NCBI RefSeq assembly: GCF_003966335.1
Contig: NZ_CP034549.1
Location: 1,380,001 to 1,412,000, forward strand
From: Nonlabens ponticola
GTDB lineage: Bacteria; Bacteroidota; Bacteroidia; Flavobacteriales; Flavobacteriaceae
DNA length: 32,000 bases
Reading direction: 5' to 3'
Shown here: piece after piece, positions 27,079 through 32,000 of the stretch
Position numbering within the stretch: the first letter of the stretch is position 1
Layout of the letters: every line of letters begins with the position of its first letter
Program-made: the position numbers and the translations under genes
Notes under the pieces: model-generated
Databases searched by the model: none
Told to the model about the DNA's origin: nothing
What the model saw: only the letters and a program-made list of their open reading frames with translations

Positions 27079-27753
27079 ATGAAAAATTGGTTTGTTCTAA
27101 TATTTTTAATGGTGAGTTCGTTTTATCTCAACGCTCAAACCCTAGTTTATAAACTTGAAGATGGTGTCATTCTAACCGATAGTCAATACCATGATTATAA
27201 GGTAGAAATGTTACGTACTGATATGATGGGAACAATAACCAGAGTCAAAACGGTAGGTGACAGTATTATACGCAGTGTAGAGTTTAAGAATTTATCGTCC
27301 ATGAATTCAGGATTAGTGGATTACCTTGGACCTCACTGGCGTAATTTGGGTAAATATTATCCGCTGGAAGCTATCGCAAGTCATGATAATGCCACCTTTG
27401 ATTATGCTGACCTTAAAGGTAAACCCACGTTTATCAATTTTTATTTCACCAGCTGTCCACCGTGTATAGAAGAGATTCCTGCGCTCAATACACTGCGCGA
27501 CGAGTATAAGGACAAAGTTAATTTTATTGCCATCACGTTTGACGATAGGCATAAAGTGCGTAGATATAGCAAGCGTTTCAATTTTGATTATGATCAGGTG
27601 GTCAACGCAAGAGACTTGACAAGTGGTTTAGGTGTTCAAGGTTTCCCTCTTAATTTATTACTTTCTAAAAATGAGGTTCAAACTCATGTGTATCCCATGT
27701 TGCATGATATTGAATCGGTCAAGCAAGATATAGAAGCCTTGCTGGATAATTAG
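27079..27753 (+). CDS. TlpA-like thioredoxin-fold redoxin (thiol:disulfide oxidoreductase family)
   Basis: The start at 27079 (MKNWFVLIFLMVSSFYLNAQ) gives a signal peptide, whereas the track start 27040 overlaps the rimO 3' end. The CxxC active site is in FINFYFTSCPPCIEEIPAL. Confidence 0.75.
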   Translation: MKNWFVLIFLMVSSFYLNAQTLVYKLEDGVILTDSQYHDYKVEMLRTDMMGTITRVKTVGDSIIRSVEFKNLSSMNSGLVDYLGPHWRNLGKYYPLEAIASHDNATFDYADLKGKPTFINFYFTSCPPCIEEIPALNTLRDEYKDKVNFIAITFDDRHKVRRYSKRFNFDYDQVVNARDLTSGLGVQGFPLNLLLSKNEVQTHVYPMLHDIESVKQDIEALLDN

Positions 27754-27807
27754 ATACTACTTAAGGTCAGTTGGTTATTTGCAGAAGTATTTAAGTACAG
27801 TGTTCAC

Positions 27808-27999
27808 TTACTTCTTTTCAATGAAATCTGTTCCAGAATCAGATTGACGATCGGCACGTTTATCTCTAAAACTTTGTTTGAAGTTGCGACGTTTGCGTTG
27901 ACCTAAAGACTTTTGCCTGCTTTTATTCCAGCCTAAAAAGACGAAGAATGCAATGATTACAGCGGCTATGTAGATCCAGTCAGCGTATTGATCAAACAT
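27808..27999 (-). CDS. Hypothetical small membrane protein with a basic C-terminal tail
   Basis: 63-aa ORF with one TM segment (WIYIAAVIIAFFVFLGW) followed by a Lys/Arg-rich tail. No family recognised. Confidence 0.4.
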   Translation of the reverse strand: MFDQYADWIYIAAVIIAFFVFLGWNKSRQKSLGQRKRRNFKQSFRDKRADRQSDSGTDFIEKK

Positions 28000-28146
28000 G
28001 GTTACAAGTTTTATTTAAAGATAGGATTTAGTTGGTAATTACTAGTTTAAGTTTTCAGTTGCAGTGATTAGTTCATTCATAGTATAATTAACAACTAGCT
28101 ACCATATTAGCTCACTGACTCCTCAACAAATTATATAATCAGATGG

Positions 28147-30027
28147 TCATACATCTAATTTTTCTGTCAACTCCAGCCATTGCATTTCTAGTTCTTCTAG
28201 CTCTGATTTTGTTTTCTCTAGTTTGATAGAGTTTGCTGTGACATCATCAGTAGATAGACTGGTATCTAGAAAGCTGTCTTGTAAGGTCTTCTTTTGCTGT
28301 TCTAGCTTTTTAATTCTGTTTTCTAGTCTAGAAAGTTCTTTTTGCTCTTCTCTTGTTGGTCCGCTTTTAGTCGCAGTCTTTATCGCAGGTTCAGCTGTTG
28401 GTGAAGGCTTAGATGGTGCTTTTGTTTCTGGCTCTAGCGCAATATCGGTACTACCTACATAGGATCTAAAGTCTGAATAGTTGCCAGGGAAATCTGTGAT
28501 GTCGCCAGACTCGTTAAACACAAATAAGTGATCCACGATCTTATCCATAAAATATCTATCGTGGCTCACTACCAGAATACAGCCAGGAAAATCCATCAAG
28601 AAGTTCTCCAGCACATTGAGTGTTGGGATATCGAGATCATTAGTCGGCTCATCAAGAATCAAGAAATTAGGATTTTGTATCAGTACGGTACACAAATACA
28701 ATCGCTTGCGCTCGCCACCGCTCAGTTTTTCTACAAAATCATGTTTTTTCTTGTTATCAAACATGAAACGCTCAAGCAGCTGGCTAGCACTGATGATCTT
28801 GCCTTTATTAAGTGGTATGTACTCGCCGTATTCCTTGACCACATCAATCACCTTTTGGCCTGGCTTGATGTCGATTCCCGTTTGGGTATAGTAACCCATA
28901 CTAACTGTTTCTCCTACCACGACCTTACCAGTATCGGGCTTTAACTTACCAGTGAGTATATTGAGAAAGGTAGATTTACCGGTACCGTTTTTACCTATGA
29001 TTCCCAACCGTTCACCACGCTGGAAATTATAGGAGAAGTTATCGATCAATTGCTTGCCAGTAAACGATTTTGAGATCTTGTGTAGTTCTACAATTTTAGT
29101 TCCCAGACGCTGCATGTTGATCTCCAGCTCCACTTGATGTTCCTTGCGACGGTTGAAGGCTGCTTCTTTGATGGTATAAAAATCATCGATGCGTGATTTG
29201 GACTTGGTTGTACGTGCCTTGGGCTGGCGACGCATCCATTGCAGCTCTTTTTTATAGAGTTGCTGGGCTTTTTCTTGCGTGGTTTGCTCAATATCAAGTC
29301 GCTCCTGTTTTTTCTCCACATAATAGGAGTAGTTACCTTTATATGTATAGAGATTGCCGCGATCCAATTCAATAATCTCCGTACACACGCGATCCAGAAA
29401 ATAACGATCGTGCGTCACCATAAGAATAGTATAATCTTCCTGCTTAAAATAGCTCTCCAGCCACTCGATCATTTCTAGATCCAGGTGGTTTGTAGGCTCA
29501 TCCATTATGAGCAATTGTGGATCAGACAATAGTGCGATGGCCATGGCGATGCGCTTTTTTTGACCACCACTCAATTTGCCTATGATTTGGGATAGGTCGT
29601 CGAGCTTTAGTTTGGATAAAATCTGTTTGTATTTGGTCTCAAAATCCCACGCATTGGCGGCATCCATTTGGTCAAATGCTGCCTGGTAGGCATCTGCGTC
29701 TTCCATGTTTTGCATGGCGCGCTCATAGTTTGCAATGATCTTAATGGTAGGAATGTCAGAATCCAGTATGGCTTGCTCAATAGTGATTTTGGGATCCAGA
29801 TCAGGTTCCTGCGATAAAAAAGCCATGCGCAGGTCGTTGCGTCGATTGACCGTGCCGCTATCAGGTTGTTCCTTGCCAGCGATAATATTGAGTAGCGAGG
29901 ACTTGCCGTAGCCGTTTTTGGCAACGAAACCTATTTTTTGCCCTTCATTAATTCCCAGCGACACATTTTCAAACAGTGCTTTATCAGCAAAGGCTCTGGA
30001 TACATTCTCGACACTTATGTAATTCAT
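28147..30027 (-). CDS. ABC-F family ATPase (two ABC domains, no TM domain, C-terminal coiled coil; Uup-like)
   Basis: 626 aa. It has two Walker A motifs (GFVAKNGYGKSS and GIIGKNGTGKST), two LSGGQKKR/LSGGERKR signature motifs and two Walker B motifs (LLIMDEPTNHLD and FLILDEPTNDLD). The C-terminal tail is charged and helical. Confidence 0.9.
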   Translation of the reverse strand: MNYISVENVSRAFADKALFENVSLGINEGQKIGFVAKNGYGKSSLLNIIAGKEQPDSGTVNRRNDLRMAFLSQEPDLDPKITIEQAILDSDIPTIKIIANYERAMQNMEDADAYQAAFDQMDAANAWDFETKYKQILSKLKLDDLSQIIGKLSGGQKKRIAMAIALLSDPQLLIMDEPTNHLDLEMIEWLESYFKQEDYTILMVTHDRYFLDRVCTEIIELDRGNLYTYKGNYSYYVEKKQERLDIEQTTQEKAQQLYKKELQWMRRQPKARTTKSKSRIDDFYTIKEAAFNRRKEHQVELEINMQRLGTKIVELHKISKSFTGKQLIDNFSYNFQRGERLGIIGKNGTGKSTFLNILTGKLKPDTGKVVVGETVSMGYYTQTGIDIKPGQKVIDVVKEYGEYIPLNKGKIISASQLLERFMFDNKKKHDFVEKLSGGERKRLYLCTVLIQNPNFLILDEPTNDLDIPTLNVLENFLMDFPGCILVVSHDRYFMDKIVDHLFVFNESGDITDFPGNYSDFRSYVGSTDIALEPETKAPSKPSPTAEPAIKTATKSGPTREEQKELSRLENRIKKLEQQKKTLQDSFLDTSLSTDDVTANSIKLEKTKSELEELEMQWLELTEKLDV

Positions 30028-30061
30028 GCAATAGCTTTTAGGGACAGATTATCGACCTGTG

Positions 30062-30069
30062 CAAAATTA
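30062..30069 (-). promoter_or_regulatory. Candidate -7 promoter box (TAATTTTG) for the ABC-F gene
   Basis: The minus strand reads TAATTTTG, matching TAnnTTTG, 34 nt upstream of the ATG at 30027. Confidence 0.4.
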
Positions 30070-30170
30070 CGTTCAATTACTCGCTCTTGATCATGAGCAA
30101 GAAGCAAACTTGCAGTAATATTCATGAGTGTGGATAAGATGCTTTTATGGTTGCTGTTTTGGGTGATTAT

Positions 30171-30184
30171 GCTTTCGCGAAAGC
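30171..30184. repeat. GCTTTCGCGAAAGC palindrome copy
   Basis: Exact 14-mer in the divergent ABC-F/wza spacer. The context is ATTAT-GCTTTCGCGAAAGC-GGTAC. Confidence 0.95.
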
Positions 30185-30320
30185 GGTACAAAACGACATA
30201 CAACACTGCACCCTAAAATAAACCGAACGATAAAGAGTTATATAACGTGGGATCGTGTGGATTTTAATAGGCTTTTTCTTAACTAAATTTTATATTTACC
30301 GCTTACACCTCAAGGAAACT

Positions 30321-31118
30321 ATGCGTAAAGCTAGCTTACTACTATGGATAGCAATGATGTTGCTCGCGGCATCCTGCGTTCCTACCAATAAAATCACCTA
30401 TTTACAGGAGTCAAAATCACAAGTCGTGGACAGTTTGAGCTATGTGCGCAAATTGCCGGCGCCTTACCGATTGCAGGTAGGCGATGTGCTCACGATCAAC
30501 ATACGCACGGCGGTGGACGAAGAGAGTATCGCACCCATGTTTAGTATCGCGGGCGGCGCCACGGCCGATGACGGATCTGGCAATCCTTATTACACGGGTT
30601 ACAATGTGGATACTCGAGGCGAGATACGCATGCCAGAGCTGGGCAAGATTAAGGTGCTGGGTCTCACGACAGATGAGGTGCGCATGAAACTGGAAAACAA
30701 GATCAATAGCGAATATCTAAAAGAGGTCGCACAACTTTATATAACTGTAAAACTGGCTGGACTGCGCTATACCATGGTAGGTGAGGTGAGTGGTACCGGG
30801 CAAAAGGTCATCTTTAGAGATCAGGTAAACGTGATTGAGGCCATTGCAGATGGTGGTGGCGTGCCGGTAACTGGCGACCTGACAAAGGTCAAGATCGTAC
30901 GCAGTTATCCAGATGGTGTGCGCACGCACATCGTGGATGTTACAGATCTTGATATCGTGTACTCGCCATACTATTATATACAGCCCAATGACATGATTGT
31001 GGTAGATCCATTACCACAAAAAGCGCTGGGAACAGGTACCACTGGATTGAGTAGTTTTACCACTGTTTTATCCATCTTAACGGCGTTGACCACGGCAGTT
31101 TTACTTATTACTAGATAA
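30321..31118 (+). CDS. Polysaccharide export outer-membrane lipoprotein (Wza-like, Poly_export/SLBB family)
   Basis: The start at 30321 (MRKASLLLWIAMMLLAASC) gives a lipobox, whereas the track start is a GTG at 30255. YRLQVGDVLTINI and GEIRMPELGKIKVLGLT are typical of the Wza/Poly_export domain. It is followed 5 nt later by a Wzc-like gene. Confidence 0.8.
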   Translation: MRKASLLLWIAMMLLAASCVPTNKITYLQESKSQVVDSLSYVRKLPAPYRLQVGDVLTINIRTAVDEESIAPMFSIAGGATADDGSGNPYYTGYNVDTRGEIRMPELGKIKVLGLTTDEVRMKLENKINSEYLKEVAQLYITVKLAGLRYTMVGEVSGTGQKVIFRDQVNVIEAIADGGGVPVTGDLTKVKIVRSYPDGVRTHIVDVTDLDIVYSPYYYIQPNDMIVVDPLPQKALGTGTTGLSSFTTVLSILTALTTAVLLITR

Positions 31119-31123
31119 AGCAG

Positions 31124-32000
31124 ATGGAAGAAGATAAAGAGGTAAACGCGCTTTCAGGCATATTTGATATCAAGCAATTTTTCCGCAAATTGCTCAAGTT
31201 GTGGTGGTTGCTGTTATTATGTCTCGCGATAGGCTTTTCCTATGCGTATTATAAGAATCAATTTATACAAACCTATTATGACGCTAGTTCTTTGATTTCT
31301 ATCAAAGACAATACAAACCCGCTATTCACTTCAAACCAAAGCCTTACTTTTAATTGGGGTGGCACTACTGACAAGGTGACTACCATTATTACTCAATTCA
31401 AGTCTCGTTCTCATGCAGAGCAGGTTGTTGATGATCTGCAATATTATGTGGAGTACATCAAGGAAGGCGATTATTATAATGTAGATGCCTATAAACAAAC
31501 GCCATTTTTTGTTTATGTAGATACCAGTCAGGCTCAATTGTATGGTAAGGAGCTGCGCATCACGGTGCTGGATCAGGATACCTTTGAGCTTTCCACTACA
31601 TTTACAGATGCCACAGCACCTGGATATGATTATGGTGGTAAAGAAAAGGTGACGCTCAAGGTTCCTGTAGGTGAGTGGAGCGAGCAGTTCAAATTTGGCG
31701 ATCCAGTGGCTCTAGACTTTTTGCACATTGACGTACAGCGTCGTGAGGAAACCATACCTGTAGGTGGTGAGTGGCTCATCAAATTTTCGGACTATTGGGC
31801 AACGGTTAATACTTACAAGGCTATAAGTGTAAGACCAACAGATGATGGTAGTTCTATTTTAAAATTGACCCTATCTGGTAGAAACAAGCAACGTCTTATA
31901 GATTATATCAATAGGAGTAGTGAAGTATTAGTACGTCAAGAATTAGAGCGAAAGAATAAATTTGCCGTGAGTACTATTATTTATATTGATAGTAGTCTAG
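31124..32000 (+). CDS. Polysaccharide chain-length determinant/tyrosine autokinase (Wzc/GumC-like), N-terminal part, cut by the window edge
   Basis: Not in the ORF track because no stop lies in the window. Hand translation from the ATG at 31124 is open to the end of the window: MEEDKEVNALSGIFDIKQFFRKLLKLWWLLLLCLAIGFSYAYYKN...SILKLTLSGRNKQRLIDYINRSSEVLVRQELERKNKF. An N-terminal TM helix followed by a periplasmic Wzz-like region directly after wza supports the call. Confidence 0.65.
   Translation, partial: MEEDKEVNALSGIFDIKQFFRKLLKLWWLLLLCLAIGFSYAYYKNQFIQTYYDASSLISIKDNTNPLFTSNQSLTFNWGGTTDKVTTIITQFKSRSHAEQVVDDLQYYVEYIKEGDYYNVDAYKQTPFFVYVDTSQAQLYGKELRITVLDQDTFELSTTFTDATAPGYDYGGKEKVTLKVPVGEWSEQFKFGDPVALDFLHIDVQRREETIPVGGEWLIKFSDYWATVNTYKAISVRPTDDGSSILKLTLSGRNKQRLIDYINRSSEVLVRQELERKNKFAVSTIIYIDSSL

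Noticed and set aside
30024-30206. Track ORF 30024-30206 (60 aa, minus strand) upstream of the ABC-F gene.
   Set aside because: It occupies the divergent promoter spacer and contains the candidate ABC-F -7 box and a palindrome copy. It would overlap the ABC-F start, so it is most likely non-coding.

Overview
This window looks like core chromosome from a Bacteroidota genome, most likely a marine Flavobacteriia-type organism. Four things support that: a T9SS C-terminal sorting domain on a giant S8 peptidase, TAnnTTTG -7 promoter boxes, no Shine-Dalgarno sequences, and rpmB-rpmG-DUF4295 synteny. About 90% of the window is coding.

Gene content, left to right:
- A minus-strand light-sensing/repair cluster: flavin reductase-like, DUF2256, cryptochrome-DASH and an FeS-BCP/(6-4) photolyase-like gene.
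- A 1340-aa secreted S8 peptidase.
- A SAM-methyltransferase plus GH3-family pair.
- An HExxH protein, a TonB-dependent receptor and protoporphyrinogen oxidase.
- A translationally coupled guaB-FAH-Hpt-cinA block.
- rpmB-rpmG-DUF4295, ftsY, and a lipoprotein amidase.
- Two tandem paralogous uncharacterised outer-membrane proteins.
- rimO, a TlpA-like redoxin, and an ABC-F ATPase.
- The start of a wza/wzc polysaccharide export locus.

I found no rRNA, tRNA, CRISPR array, transposase, integrase or recognisable defence or toxin system.

The most unusual signal is at the nucleotide level. A 14-bp perfect palindrome, GCTTTCGCGAAAGC, has a conserved asymmetric 3' flank (GKAAY). It occurs 8 times perfectly and once split by a nested 20-bp perfect palindrome. 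Copies lie in intergenic DNA and inside five unrelated genes, where they are read in all three frames.

Second is the 428-bp hemY-guaB spacer, which is built almost entirely of nested tandem repeats, including 11 perfect copies of a heptamer.

Everything here comes from reading the sequence by eye. No database searches were run.
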